This document shows positions 48,474-58,556 of a stretch of 64,000 bases of DNA, one piece after another (the stretch's first letter is position 1; each line of letters starts with the position of its first letter). The stretch covers positions 1,888,001-1,952,000 of the forward strand of contig OY781964.1 in assembly GCA_963677485.1 (NCBI GenBank), written 5' to 3'. This DNA is from Armatimonadota bacterium. Lineage in GTDB: Bacteria; Armatimonadota; HRBIN16. A program made the position numbers and the translations under genes. Under the pieces are notes generated by a model. The model was not told the DNA's origin. It saw nothing but the letters and a program-made list of their open reading frames with translations, and ran no database searches.

Positions 48474-50846
48474 TCAGGGCACCTCCTGGAAATCGATCTC
48501 CTTCTCCCGCACGATCAGCCTAAATGTGACGCCTGATACCTGCTTATCTGGCAGCAGCACCACAGACATTTCCACGGGCGATGCCGGAGCATATCCAGCC
48601 AGCAAGCGGTCGGTGTCCAGTTTTACCGAGTGATTGCCTGGCTCCAGATTGTAGAAGCTGAAAGAGCCGTCACGGCCTGTCACCGTCGCGAAATCGGCGA
48701 TGTGGATTACGATGTTCGCCACGCCCTCGCCAGGGTCGTAGCTTCCATTCTCATTCGTATCGCAGAACACCCGCCCGCTGATGGTATTAAGCGGGGCGAC
48801 CACAAGGTCGATCTTTTGACGGCTGGCACTGGTGATCTTAAGCGATCGTGTGGTATCATCACCTTTATAATCCGCCGCGAGGTTTTCGTTGTCAATGCTC
48901 AATACATAAACACCTGTGGGCACGTTGCGGAAGAGGTACTGTCCCTTACCGTCCGCCACAGCCCGATAAGCTCCCAGCTTCACCACCGCGTTGGAAATGG
49001 GCTGATTAGCCAGGTCCAGAACCCGCCCCCTTACCTCACCGCCGCGGACTGGAGTCGGGATGCCCCATACCCAACGCTTACGGAACATGAATTTCAGACC
49101 CATTATGTCTGTGCCGGAGCCATCACCAGACTGGTTACCGTATTCGGCACTGACTGAGAAGTTTTGCGGCATATCATGGTTCAGCCGCAGGCGTAGTTGG
49201 CTGGGCTCCATGATATGCGGAAAGGCACTGATGACCTGAAGCTGTGTGCGCGATGAGATCCGCCAGCTACTGACAAGGTTCTCATAACGTCCGCTGTAGA
49301 TGCCGTCCTGCCAGCGGTTACTCACCTGGTAGTCAAAGCTCAACCGAGGATTGACATAATACGAGGCCGATGCGGTGAGGTCGCTGCTGTCGTTGCCTAT
49401 CCAATCGAGAGTCGGGCCGCTGACCGGTCGGGCACTGTTACGCCACTGCTGGCGTATCAACAGCCGCACCGGACCGAGAGGCAAGCTCAACATGGCGGCA
49501 TCCGCGGAACTGTTGCCGAGGGAGGATGCCGCGGTGGTGTGTTCCATAGTCAAATCCACACCGCGGGCAATCGGTAAGCGTAACGAAAGGCTGGTGCCCT
49601 CTTGCCTATCCACGCCTTTCCCAGACCGGTTAAGGCTGCCATACAGGCTGATGCCCTTGCCAAGATCGTATGATGCAAATACGCCGCTCCCGCTGCCAGG
49701 GCCTGTGGAAGCCGTGGTTGACGCACTAGGAGCCGTATATCGAGCAAACCCACTAAGGTTAAACCGTTTGACATTATACTTAGCTTTGAACAACGACGAT
49801 CCATTGGAGGCGATCTCTCCACCTACCGACAGCTTGGGGTTCAGTATGATTTCATCTCTATAAGAAAACATCAGACTATGACTGCTGGTACGGTCATTCT
49901 TGAGATATAGAGACAAAGAGGGGCGTCGATTCGTGCCGATCTGCCAGGAGTAGCGCGCGCCTCGCTCGCCGCCGCCCAGCTCGCTGTAGAGGTCACCCGC
50001 TTCCCAACCGAACTCCTTGTCTACAAGAGAAAGGCGCAGGTTGGAGGGCAATATACCCTTCGGCCCTAGTGTGATAGAGGTGCCGAAATCCAGATAGACC
50101 CCACCGATACCGCCCGAGGCGGTGAGTTCGGTAGTCCAGTCACCGCCAGGCACATAGCCAAACCCGAGCCCAAGCTTCAAACTATCATGGCTGGGTGGAA
50201 GGATCGGCTTTATGGTGGTTTTATTAATCGAGGTTGACTGCGCCGATGAGCTTCTTTTCAACTCTTCCGGTGTCTTCTCGATAGAGATCGACTCCCAGCC
50301 GTCAGTCAGCTCTGATGTCTGTTCGGTGGGCTGTTCGGAAGGCTGCTGCTTGCTGGTGGTCAGCTCCGCGCGCCACTTCTCGTGATCCAGCTTCAGTTGC
50401 AGACCCGCCACCTCGGCGACGGCACTGAGCGGCAGATAAGCCGCCGGAGCCATGATGAGCAGAGGACTGTCGAGTGTGAGGGTTCTACCACCAGATTCGA
50501 GTGTGCCGTCACCGCTCCGTGCGTGCCACTCGGCACCTTTGGCATCAATGATAGTGAGCGTGTCGGCAGTCAGGCTGGTTGCAAAGCCAAGAGCCGTTTC
50601 CAGCGCCACCACATTGACTGCAGCACTCTCACCCCGTGTGATGGGAGCCGCGGGACCGGTGATGTCGGCTCCGTCAAGGTAGACATGCCACGAGGCCTGC
50701 GCCCAACCCGTTCCTGAAAACAAGACATACAGCAGCATTACTGTAAGCAGCACGGCTGCATGCAGCACGCAGCCGTGCTGCCATTTGCTACTTTGTGGCA
50801 GGAGTCGGTGGAGTATCACGGACGATGTCCATTTCTTTCTGGGCAC
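48474..50846 (-). CDS. Usher-like outer-membrane protein with Cu-amine-oxidase-N-like and SdrD-B/carboxypeptidase-regulatory-like domains
   Basis: 790 aa. N-terminal 'AYLPLSAVAE..G..L..D', central amphipathic beta-strands, and C-terminal 'VRGRV...GQYLF..VP.G.Y' and 'ISGRVF.D.N.NG.YD.GE'. Confidence 0.6.
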   Translation of the reverse strand: MPRKKWTSSVILHRLLPQSSKWQHGCVLHAAVLLTVMLLYVLFSGTGWAQASWHVYLDGADITGPAAPITRGESAAVNVVALETALGFATSLTADTLTIIDAKGAEWHARSGDGTLESGGRTLTLDSPLLIMAPAAYLPLSAVAEVAGLQLKLDHEKWRAELTTSKQQPSEQPTEQTSELTDGWESISIEKTPEELKRSSSAQSTSINKTTIKPILPPSHDSLKLGLGFGYVPGGDWTTELTASGGIGGVYLDFGTSITLGPKGILPSNLRLSLVDKEFGWEAGDLYSELGGGERGARYSWQIGTNRRPSLSLYLKNDRTSSHSLMFSYRDEIILNPKLSVGGEIASNGSSLFKAKYNVKRFNLSGFARYTAPSASTTASTGPGSGSGVFASYDLGKGISLYGSLNRSGKGVDRQEGTSLSLRLPIARGVDLTMEHTTAASSLGNSSADAAMLSLPLGPVRLLIRQQWRNSARPVSGPTLDWIGNDSSDLTASASYYVNPRLSFDYQVSNRWQDGIYSGRYENLVSSWRISSRTQLQVISAFPHIMEPSQLRLRLNHDMPQNFSVSAEYGNQSGDGSGTDIMGLKFMFRKRWVWGIPTPVRGGEVRGRVLDLANQPISNAVVKLGAYRAVADGKGQYLFRNVPTGVYVLSIDNENLAADYKGDDTTRSLKITSASRQKIDLVVAPLNTISGRVFCDTNENGSYDPGEGVANIVIHIADFATVTGRDGSFSFYNLEPGNHSVKLDTDRLLAGYAPASPVEMSVVLLPDKQVSGVTFRLIVREKEIDFQEVP

Positions 50847-51630
50847 CGATCAGGCGGTCTATGCCAATATCAAGAACGGTTCGCACCAAATAACGCCCTG
50901 AAGGCAGAGTGGCGGCATCCGGCAGCACAGCACTCAGGATACCTGTACTGATTGGCTCGGGAAGCAGCGTGCTTCGTGCGATCAATGCTGTGGCGAAAGG
51001 TTTCTTCTCTCCGGGCTTGACAAACTCAAAACGGCCTTCGATACCTAAAGGGCTGTTGCCGTCGTTGCGCAGCTTTACACTCGCGGAGTTGGGCAGCACC
51101 TTCACTTCCATGATCTTGGCGGACCGATTCACAGGGGAGATATACAAAAAGATTCCGGTGCTTATCGATGCATGAAAACGCATGCCGACGCCTGAAGGCA
51201 GCACCTCCTGCGGGTTAGGCAGCTCATCCACAGTCATGACACACCAATAACCACCTGGCTTCACATCGACCGGAATTGATATCGATATACGAACATACAA
51301 AGTGCCGCCCGGTACTACAGCCGCTTCTACTGGGTTGAGTTTGATCCAGCCTGCACATGAGTGTGATGGTGTACCGGCCGATCCTGGCTCGCGGTAGATA
51401 GACTGACCACCGTCTTCGCTGCGCCACCAGTCTTCCATATGCGCCTTAAAATAGGTTAGTTTTTCCGCTTTGTCAATTGTTAATTGGAAATTACGGTTCA
51501 CTAGCTGACCAGGCTTCCCTTCTATTTTGATAGATGTTAGTGCTGATCTGAACTTAAGTGCGTAGGAGCAATTAGGGACTAGCACAATGAGCATAAAAAG
51601 GAGGAGTAAGGTGGTCGCGGTCTGTCTCAT
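50788..51630 (-). CDS. Pilus assembly chaperone-like protein (PapD/DUF916-like)
   Basis: ATG at 51630 with a signal peptide. Motifs 'SCAGWIKLNP....V.PG....VRISI.IP....GGYWC' and 'LRNDGN'. Confidence 0.65.
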   Translation of the reverse strand: MRQTATTLLLLFMLIVLVPNCSYALKFRSALTSIKIEGKPGQLVNRNFQLTIDKAEKLTYFKAHMEDWWRSEDGGQSIYREPGSAGTPSHSCAGWIKLNPVEAAVVPGGTLYVRISISIPVDVKPGGYWCVMTVDELPNPQEVLPSGVGMRFHASISTGIFLYISPVNRSAKIMEVKVLPNSASVKLRNDGNSPLGIEGRFEFVKPGEKKPFATALIARSTLLPEPISTGILSAVLPDAATLPSGRYLVRTVLDIGIDRLIGAQKEMDIVRDTPPTPATK

Positions 51631-51698
51631 GTCTGCACCTCTATGTAGGTATCCAGCAGAGCGAAAGTCACCCTGCTGGATGGTTAGCGTCTGTATTA

Positions 51699-52277
51699 CT
51701 ATATTCCTTGGATCACTTCTACCTTCCAAATAAGGTCGATTTGGTGGTCCCCTGAGCGTGTGACCAACTCATTCGGGGCTAGTTTGAATGTGAGATCAGT
51801 GTTATGGAATGATGCTACACCCGGAGCTGATGTAGCGACTTCTGATGTCTCAGATAGTGTATTACTGAGTGTTCCAGCAAAACCAGTGGCTTCGCCTGCT
51901 GTCCATCCTGTAGCAAGCCATGTTACATCACTAGCAGCCCACGTTGCCGGGTCCGGCGCTTCGCCAATCATGTGTACAAAGCCGGTTCCATTAGAGGTTA
52001 GTGATAGCCTAATTTTATCACTTGCCTGAGATAGCACGATGTTCTCTACACTCACGCTGTTCCCAGCAGACGTTGTAGTTCCAGTGACGTTTTGTACATC
52101 GAATCCGATATTACTCGGTACAGTTACCTCGCATTGTTCGACGACATTAGCGGTCATGGTTGTGTTACTAATGGTTTCACCATCATGTAATACAACAGTC
52201 GTACCCTGTGCAAAAGCAGCGGTGGTGGAGAGGGCGATCAGAAGCGCGGAGCCGATAGCTAATTTTAAGGATTTCAT
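51699..52277 (-). CDS. Secreted pilin-like subunit (paralog 1, probable major subunit)
   Basis: First gene of the operon, after an AT-rich region. Signal peptide, 'TTMTANVVEQCEVTVP' and C-terminal 'RSGDHQIDLIWKVE'. Confidence 0.65.
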   Translation of the reverse strand: MKSLKLAIGSALLIALSTTAAFAQGTTVVLHDGETISNTTMTANVVEQCEVTVPSNIGFDVQNVTGTTTSAGNSVSVENIVLSQASDKIRLSLTSNGTGFVHMIGEAPDPATWAASDVTWLATGWTAGEATGFAGTLSNTLSETSEVATSAPGVASFHNTDLTFKLAPNELVTRSGDHQIDLIWKVEVIQGI

Positions 52278-52661
52278 CTGAAGCATACCTTTCGAGAGGT
52301 CCAAGATGTAACCAACCGTGGTTACTGGCTAAATGTGTTTCCCTATGCATTTTCATTTGCAAGGAACAGCATAGACAAGCAAGTGCATACAGGAAGTGAC
52401 AAAATACCCATGATATTATGGGGTGTCATAATAAAATAAAAATCACATTGCTTCTTGGCTACTGGGCCGAATGCGGTATTACATCGGGGTGGAGAGGGGT
52501 AAGCTACATGGCTTATAGTGAGATAGTACACTTCGCTCGCCAATAATTGTATGATATTTGGTTAAATCTATGGTAATTTTACGTATTTATTAAAAATCTA
52601 GTACAAATACTAATTAATAACGATAGCTATTGCAGGTCGGCGGTTGGTTGGAATCGAGGTA

Positions 52662-52689
52662 TTGCCGTCATGGGAAGATTTAGTATAAT
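52662..52689 (+). promoter_or_regulatory. Probable tRNA promoter
   Basis: TTGCCG-16 bp-TATAAT followed by a GC-rich leader before the tRNA. Confidence 0.5.
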
Positions 52690-52711
52690 ATCATATGGCA
52701 GACCCCGCCGG

Positions 52712-52786
52712 GCCGGAGTAGCTCAAAGGTAGAGCAACAGTTTTGTAAACTGTAGGTTGCGAGTTCGATTCTCGCCTTCGGCTCCA
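52712..52786 (+). tRNA. tRNA-Thr(UGU)
   Basis: Cloverleaf with acceptor GCCGGAG/CTTCGGC, D-arm GCTC/GAGC, anticodon arm ACAGT-TTTGTAA-ACTGT, T-loop TTCGATT and encoded CCA. Confidence 0.96.
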
Positions 52787-52956
52787 TTTTTTACCATACC
52801 AACCCACTTGGCCCATCACTGCTTCTGGCAGTAGCGTTTTAACACGTGTATTCCGAAGGAAAGCAGGCTCCACCCACCTCGCAAGCCGGTGGCCAGGCCG
52901 TGACAAAGAACAGGAGGCGCGATATCCCATCGCGCCTCCTGCCAGGAACCAGCTCG

Positions 52957-55900
52957 CTATTTCCCCTGCATCAGCCTCACTGGGCCGATCAAGCCACCGG
53001 GCTTGTGGCTGCCGTAGCTGTTGTTGATCAGGTTGGCCACGCGCACCTCGATGGTGTTCACACCGGGCTGCAGCAAACCGCTGACATCAAACCGGTAGGG
53101 TGCCCAAAGGCGCATTCCGGCCTTCTTGCCGTTCACCGTGACCTCTGCCGCATAGTAGACCGTGCCCAGATCGAGCTCGCACTTGGCGGGCACGTCCGTG
53201 ACGGTGATCTGCTTGCGGTAGTTCAACCGTCCGCTGAAGGGGGCCATGCCCCAGTCCGTCCAGTTACCCAGTGCTCTCAGGCTTCCCTCTCCGGCCAAGG
53301 CCGGGTTGACCGGGTTCTTGTGCTCCAGCGGGGGCTGATCATTGGGGATAAACCGGACCAGCCAGTCACCCTCAACGGTCATGACGGGGCTGTAGCTCAG
53401 CGGCTTGGGTGCAGTGGTGTTGGCCGGTTTGGCGGGATCGAACACCACATAGTAGGCCTGGTTGAGCTCGAAGCTCAAGCTCGCCTGGCTGCCGGTGGCG
53501 TTCTGGACGCTGTTGATGGGCGTCGTCTTGCCGGTCTCGATGTCCCACACGCTGGCGGAACCCTTCGCGCCGGGGAATGTGAGCGACATCTTGCGTGCGG
53601 CCCCGTTGTTGGCTAGGTAGAAGAACTCCTTGCCATCGATGCGGCGATGGTGTTGAAGCAGCGTGTGCCCATCGGAGGAGAGCACAGACGGGCTGAGACC
53701 AGGCATACGGCCATTGACCGCCGCTTGGATTTCACCCGGCATTATATGGTATCCCGGCAGAGCCGTGAGCTGGCTGCAAAGCGCCGCCATCTTGGCGTCA
53801 TTCAAGCCGTTCTCGGTGCTGCCGTTCGGCAGTTCACCCAGCGCATACACATGCCCGCCGGCCTTCACGAAGCCAACAAGCTGCTGCATCGTCTTCAGCG
53901 GCATGATATCCAGAGGGGGCAGAACCACCGCACTCACGCGGCGGTTATCCATGGTTAACTGCGCTCCGTTCAGTTTCAAACGCGCCATGGTGGGGCTATC
54001 GGCCACCAGGAACTGCACGCCGGAGCGCGCCATCTGGTCGAGAGCCTTGCTGTATACCTCGTTGATGTGGTTCATACGGCGGTTCTCGGGACGGGTGTTG
54101 GGAAGTGTCCATAGATCGGTAGGAGCGTTATTGGGATCAAACACGTTACTGTCTGTGTTTGACCAGATCGATTCGATTGGGTAGTAGACCACCGCGGAGA
54201 TCACCTGCTGACCGTGGCTGTTCACGTAGCTGGCGCGCCGCACCACATCAGTCCAGAGGTGCATCCAGGGGAAGAAGGGGTTGATCTCACTCCAGTCGGG
54301 TGTCCAAGGGTTGCCGTCCATCTTCTCATACATGAACACGCCGTGCGGGATCACGTGCCCTGTGCCCCAGGCAAACATTGAGTTGGTGCTTTGCTTCACG
54401 ATGTCCGGCTGATAGGGCTCCCAGCTAGCAGCTCCCAAATATTCCGCCATAAAGCGGCGGCCATCCCACTCAGCCACACTGTGCGCTTCCATAAAGTCGT
54501 GCGGGTTGAGGGCACTGAGTTGCAGGTTGTCCTGTCCAGGCATACTGAAGGCGCGCTGCATCTTCATGTTGCTGCCTGACCATCGCGCGACCGCCTGCAG
54601 ACTTTCTTCCCAGAAATGGCCTGTGACATACATGTTATATTTCTGGTGCCAGTCGCTGAGGTATTGGAAGGTGCCCGAATAGAGATCGGTCATCACATCA
54701 AACCAGCGGAACCGAACCGCCGCACAACGCCCTTCTACGTCACTGTCGACCAATAGCGGCAACTGCGTTTTAACGTCCACCTTGAACCGGCGCATGTAGT
54801 CCTTCTCAAGGTCGTTGCTCCAGGCCAAGCCAGATCCGTAAGCCCCCTCGTTGTCCGCGAAGTCGCCGGGGATGCCCTTGCCCATCTGGTCGCGATATTT
54901 CTGAGCATATGGCTCCAGACCGATCTTGGCGAATTTCGGGCCAAGCTGCCGGTCGAGGTAGTTCACCATGTTCTGACTGGTTTTGTAGAACACGTAGATG
55001 CGCCAGTCGTTGCCGGCTGGGATGGCCCATTTACTGCCGGGCTTGATGTTGACCATGCCCTTGCTGCGGATGGTGCGAGGTTTATGCTCGCTCATGCCGG
55101 CCATGTCTGTGCCGAGGTTCCAGGGCGGTGTGTTGGATGGGCCGATCACCGCGACCGCACTCTGTGGGCCGTTGGCGGTTTCCGATGCGGTCCAAGTGCC
55201 GTCGCTCTGCACCAGAGTGGAGCTGCCGTCGGCATGTCCAAAGCGCAGTGCGCACACGAAGCCCGCGGCCAGGTCCAGGTTGGTGGCCTGCACCGTGATC
55301 TGTATCGGCTTGTTGGCCTCGAAAGCTCGCTTCAGCGAGGTAGACGAGGGTGATGCCCAGTTTTTGCCCTCAAGTACCTGCTTGCCGTCCAGGCTGAGCA
55401 CGAAACTGTTGTCGCAACTGCCGATGATGGAGACATCGACGGCTGGTTTCGGCAGGCTCACCGTGTGGTAGAGGTTGATGACCGTGTTGTCCCGCGTATT
55501 CTTGTGCCATATCCACTGGCCCAGAGGCGGCGTAGGGCGGACATCGGTGACCTCGCCCTCCTTGAGATTTTGCGTCAGGGGGGCGGCGATAGCCGCATAT
55601 CCCGCGGGGATGCTGGCGGTCTGCCCGCCTTTCACGTCCATCGTGCGCCAGATCAGCGATTCAGCCTTCAGCTCAGGATACTGCTTGATCGTGCGTCCGT
55701 GCGCCTGAAGGCAGGGCCACATGTATTCATCTACATAGCCCAGATAGCCGCCTGCATTTGTGGTGGTCTTGAGCGCGGAGCTGAACTCGCGCCACCACTC
55801 GGGGCCAAGCCACTGCGCATCGGGCAGACCGGGACCGCCCTGGATGCTGATGCGCCCGTGCGCGTAGCCCGGGTTCAAGCCTTGAGTCATCATCGAGGCG

Positions 55901-56124
55901 GCCTGCTTCGAGGCCTTACCGGCTTGAAGCGGCTCATCCCAGAACCAAAAGGCGAATGGCCCGTAGAAGTTGTCCGGGTTGGCAAACTGTTTCGATAGCT
56001 CCGGGAATGTAACCGGCTTGATCCCTCCCGCCTTCACAGCGGTGGGTGCTGGTTTGGACTGTGCAGATAGTGTCATAGAGATCACCAATAGGCCGCCGAT
56101 GAGGCAGCTCTTTACGTTCGGCAT
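52957..56124 (-). CDS. Secreted GH106 (alpha-L-rhamnosidase-like) glycoside hydrolase
   Basis: ATG at 56124 with a signal peptide. Motifs 'FANP...GPFAFWFW', 'YVDEYMWP' and C-terminal 'LDLG.V...AEV.VNG...W.PYRFDV...L.PG.N.IEVRVAN'. Confidence 0.75.
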   Translation of the reverse strand: MPNVKSCLIGGLLVISMTLSAQSKPAPTAVKAGGIKPVTFPELSKQFANPDNFYGPFAFWFWDEPLQAGKASKQAASMMTQGLNPGYAHGRISIQGGPGLPDAQWLGPEWWREFSSALKTTTNAGGYLGYVDEYMWPCLQAHGRTIKQYPELKAESLIWRTMDVKGGQTASIPAGYAAIAAPLTQNLKEGEVTDVRPTPPLGQWIWHKNTRDNTVINLYHTVSLPKPAVDVSIIGSCDNSFVLSLDGKQVLEGKNWASPSSTSLKRAFEANKPIQITVQATNLDLAAGFVCALRFGHADGSSTLVQSDGTWTASETANGPQSAVAVIGPSNTPPWNLGTDMAGMSEHKPRTIRSKGMVNIKPGSKWAIPAGNDWRIYVFYKTSQNMVNYLDRQLGPKFAKIGLEPYAQKYRDQMGKGIPGDFADNEGAYGSGLAWSNDLEKDYMRRFKVDVKTQLPLLVDSDVEGRCAAVRFRWFDVMTDLYSGTFQYLSDWHQKYNMYVTGHFWEESLQAVARWSGSNMKMQRAFSMPGQDNLQLSALNPHDFMEAHSVAEWDGRRFMAEYLGAASWEPYQPDIVKQSTNSMFAWGTGHVIPHGVFMYEKMDGNPWTPDWSEINPFFPWMHLWTDVVRRASYVNSHGQQVISAVVYYPIESIWSNTDSNVFDPNNAPTDLWTLPNTRPENRRMNHINEVYSKALDQMARSGVQFLVADSPTMARLKLNGAQLTMDNRRVSAVVLPPLDIMPLKTMQQLVGFVKAGGHVYALGELPNGSTENGLNDAKMAALCSQLTALPGYHIMPGEIQAAVNGRMPGLSPSVLSSDGHTLLQHHRRIDGKEFFYLANNGAARKMSLTFPGAKGSASVWDIETGKTTPINSVQNATGSQASLSFELNQAYYVVFDPAKPANTTAPKPLSYSPVMTVEGDWLVRFIPNDQPPLEHKNPVNPALAGEGSLRALGNWTDWGMAPFSGRLNYRKQITVTDVPAKCELDLGTVYYAAEVTVNGKKAGMRLWAPYRFDVSGLLQPGVNTIEVRVANLINNSYGSHKPGGLIGPVRLMQGK

Positions 56125-56560
56125 GTTGATACGAAGCCCCCTGAATGCGAGTGTGTCGACACCCTTTTGTACCATTCTATCAGCTAGCGGCCAGTAAGTC
56201 GGCCCGCGGCGGCGGTGCGTAATGTGGCGGCGGTATATTTTGTGAATGCGGTTGTGGTATAATCGGTTCAAAGCGATGCGTTTTCTGGGGGATTCACCAC
56301 GCCACGAATGGACACGAATGAACGCAAATGGGAAGGTCGCGCGAAATCCGTCCGATGCCGGATTGTCTGAACCACGGATGACGCGGATGGCACGGATGCG
56401 ACCGGATGGAGAGGGAACGATAAACGGTAGGGGCATGGCGTGCCGTACCCACCCGGCCGATCATGAACCGGGGCGTGGTTTCCACGCCCTGGGGCACGCC
56501 GTGCCCCTACGATAATCTATCTATTAGGCAATGAAGCCTGAAGCGAATAGGAGAATCACA

Positions 56561-58336
56561 ATGAGGAACCGAGTGAAGGAACGAGCCCTCATCACCGTTG
56601 CGATCCTGGCTTGCCTGTTTTGGACATGCCGGTGTGCCATCGTATTCTCGACTATTCCCGATGGGATTTATCTGAGTGACTTAGGATCATTCCCATATGC
56701 TCGCTGGATATATAGGCTGGCCATCCAATACGCCAATACCGCAAGATCCAGCTCGCCGCTAGACGAATGGGATATGTCGGTTGAAAAGGCCGAATCGGTC
56801 TGGAAGCATCGGCAGATACAGATTCCTGACCGGGCTCTTTACGCACAGCTCACCATTCGTATACCGCCTGAAAAGTCTGACAACAGACAAAAGCGCATCG
56901 GGTATAACCGGCACTTGCTGGAATGGCTCAAGCGAGGTGCCGCACTAGACCCTGGTAACGCACTTTACAACCTCAGAATGGCCCACATCCATTTTGATAA
57001 CGCCTGTGAATACAACAGGAACCTGACTGTTGCATGGCGTATTGATCCAGTCAGGCGCAGTTTGACATATCAAAGATCAGCTCAGATGCCCCTGATCATA
57101 CACGACCGGGCCATGTTGGATGTCGGCATCACCCATTACCGCAAAGCCTTAAGTAAACCACTGCGTACGTACCAGTACGAAACGGCAAGAACTCTCACCC
57201 GCCATCTTCCTAGACCATGGGTCACCGAGCAATATATGCTTCGTGTAGTCGATTACTATCATATTACGGAGTCACCATATCTAGGCCAAACGAGGATATT
57301 GTTTGGAGTCGCTAGACGCTTGGCACAGGAAGGTGACACCCAAACCGCACAGGAGCTGCTAGATATTAACGCCTGGCTCCATATGCGCAGCACGGAGCTT
57401 GACGGCCCCATGCGAAAGGCTGAGTTGTTTGACCACACGGCCACCCTGTGGGATATCGCCGTTGATCAGGCAAAAACGGTAGACGCTCAGCGATATCTGA
57501 ACATGAACCAACGAATGAGCCGTTGGGGTGCACCGAGTCAGGGACCGATAGACTACCTGAACAACCTGCCGTACACCAGTCTGTATGCTCAGTCGGAATG
57601 GGCTTATGCCATGAACATACTCATATGGCTGGTATTGGCTTCCCTTGTTCGCGAGCTGGCTTGGTCTATATATCGGCGAATCGCACGCAAGCCGTTGAGT
57701 GAATTCTGCGCATCCAGGGCACCGACGACACTGTCGACAATCTGTGTTGGTATCGCCGTACTGAGCTGCCTTCTGTCTTTCGTGTTACCGACAACCGAAA
57801 ATGGCTTGTATGGGTGGATGGTCAACATACTCCCGTGCTTCGGTGCCAGCCTGATCACCATCTGCTGGTTCGTGCTTCGACATCAGTTTAAAAGGCAGTG
57901 TGAGCGAGAGGGTATCCCAGTGCCCAAACGATGGGTTGAGCTGTCCTGCAACCTGGCCACGCTGGCTGCAATCGGGTTGGTGTGGTTCATGTTCTATCAG
58001 TCGGCGTTGGTAGATCACAGTTATGACACGCTGGCAGCTATTGTGACTTTGCCCATCATCGTGGTCATCGTCTTCTGTATATGGTGCAAGCTCAGCACCC
58101 CCGACTACTACGCATTAGCGAACCGAGTAACCAGACGGTTCATGACACGGCTGGTGGTGCTCATCGCCGTCGGCGTGATGCCGCTGCTGCTGCTCCAGGA
58201 GGTGTTGATGCTGCAGGTGGGCAAAACTGGCCTATCGGCGTATAAGTCGATTGATACGGTGATCAAATACGACCAGGCGTCCAACCGCGAGGATGTGCAG
58301 CAGATGCAGCGCATCCTGAAGGACGCGGAGCGGTAG
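56561..58336 (+). CDS. Tandem membrane-protein family, paralog 1
   Basis: ATG at 56561 after AGGAG. N-terminal TM, 'DRALYA', 'G.ALDPGNALYNL' and about 6 C-terminal TMs. Confidence 0.8.
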   Translation: MRNRVKERALITVAILACLFWTCRCAIVFSTIPDGIYLSDLGSFPYARWIYRLAIQYANTARSSSPLDEWDMSVEKAESVWKHRQIQIPDRALYAQLTIRIPPEKSDNRQKRIGYNRHLLEWLKRGAALDPGNALYNLRMAHIHFDNACEYNRNLTVAWRIDPVRRSLTYQRSAQMPLIIHDRAMLDVGITHYRKALSKPLRTYQYETARTLTRHLPRPWVTEQYMLRVVDYYHITESPYLGQTRILFGVARRLAQEGDTQTAQELLDINAWLHMRSTELDGPMRKAELFDHTATLWDIAVDQAKTVDAQRYLNMNQRMSRWGAPSQGPIDYLNNLPYTSLYAQSEWAYAMNILIWLVLASLVRELAWSIYRRIARKPLSEFCASRAPTTLSTICVGIAVLSCLLSFVLPTTENGLYGWMVNILPCFGASLITICWFVLRHQFKRQCEREGIPVPKRWVELSCNLATLAAIGLVWFMFYQSALVDHSYDTLAAIVTLPIIVVIVFCIWCKLSTPDYYALANRVTRRFMTRLVVLIAVGVMPLLLLQEVLMLQVGKTGLSAYKSIDTVIKYDQASNREDVQQMQRILKDAER

Positions 58337-58556
58337 GGGCGCGGTCTCCACGCCCTGGGGCATAGCGTGGTTGCCCACAATTGCCATCCGTCCGATCCGT
58401 CGCATCCGTCCGATGCCGGATTGTCTGAACCACGGATGGCGCGGATGGCACGGATAGGTTCGGATGGGAAGGGAGGCCAATCGGGAGATTGGCGTTCCCG
58501 GGGGAATACCACAGTCTATCTATCAGGCAATGGTGCCTGAGGCAAAGGAGATATCT
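58337..58556 (+). repeat. Array linker copy 1
   Basis: Highly similar to 60393..60627 and 62461..62679. A rearranged version lies at 56345..56560. Confidence 0.9.

Noticed and set aside
47131-52786. Genomic island integrated at tRNA-Thr
   Set aside because: The fimbrial cluster lies 5' of the tRNA. I found no integrase and no duplicate of the tRNA 3' end.
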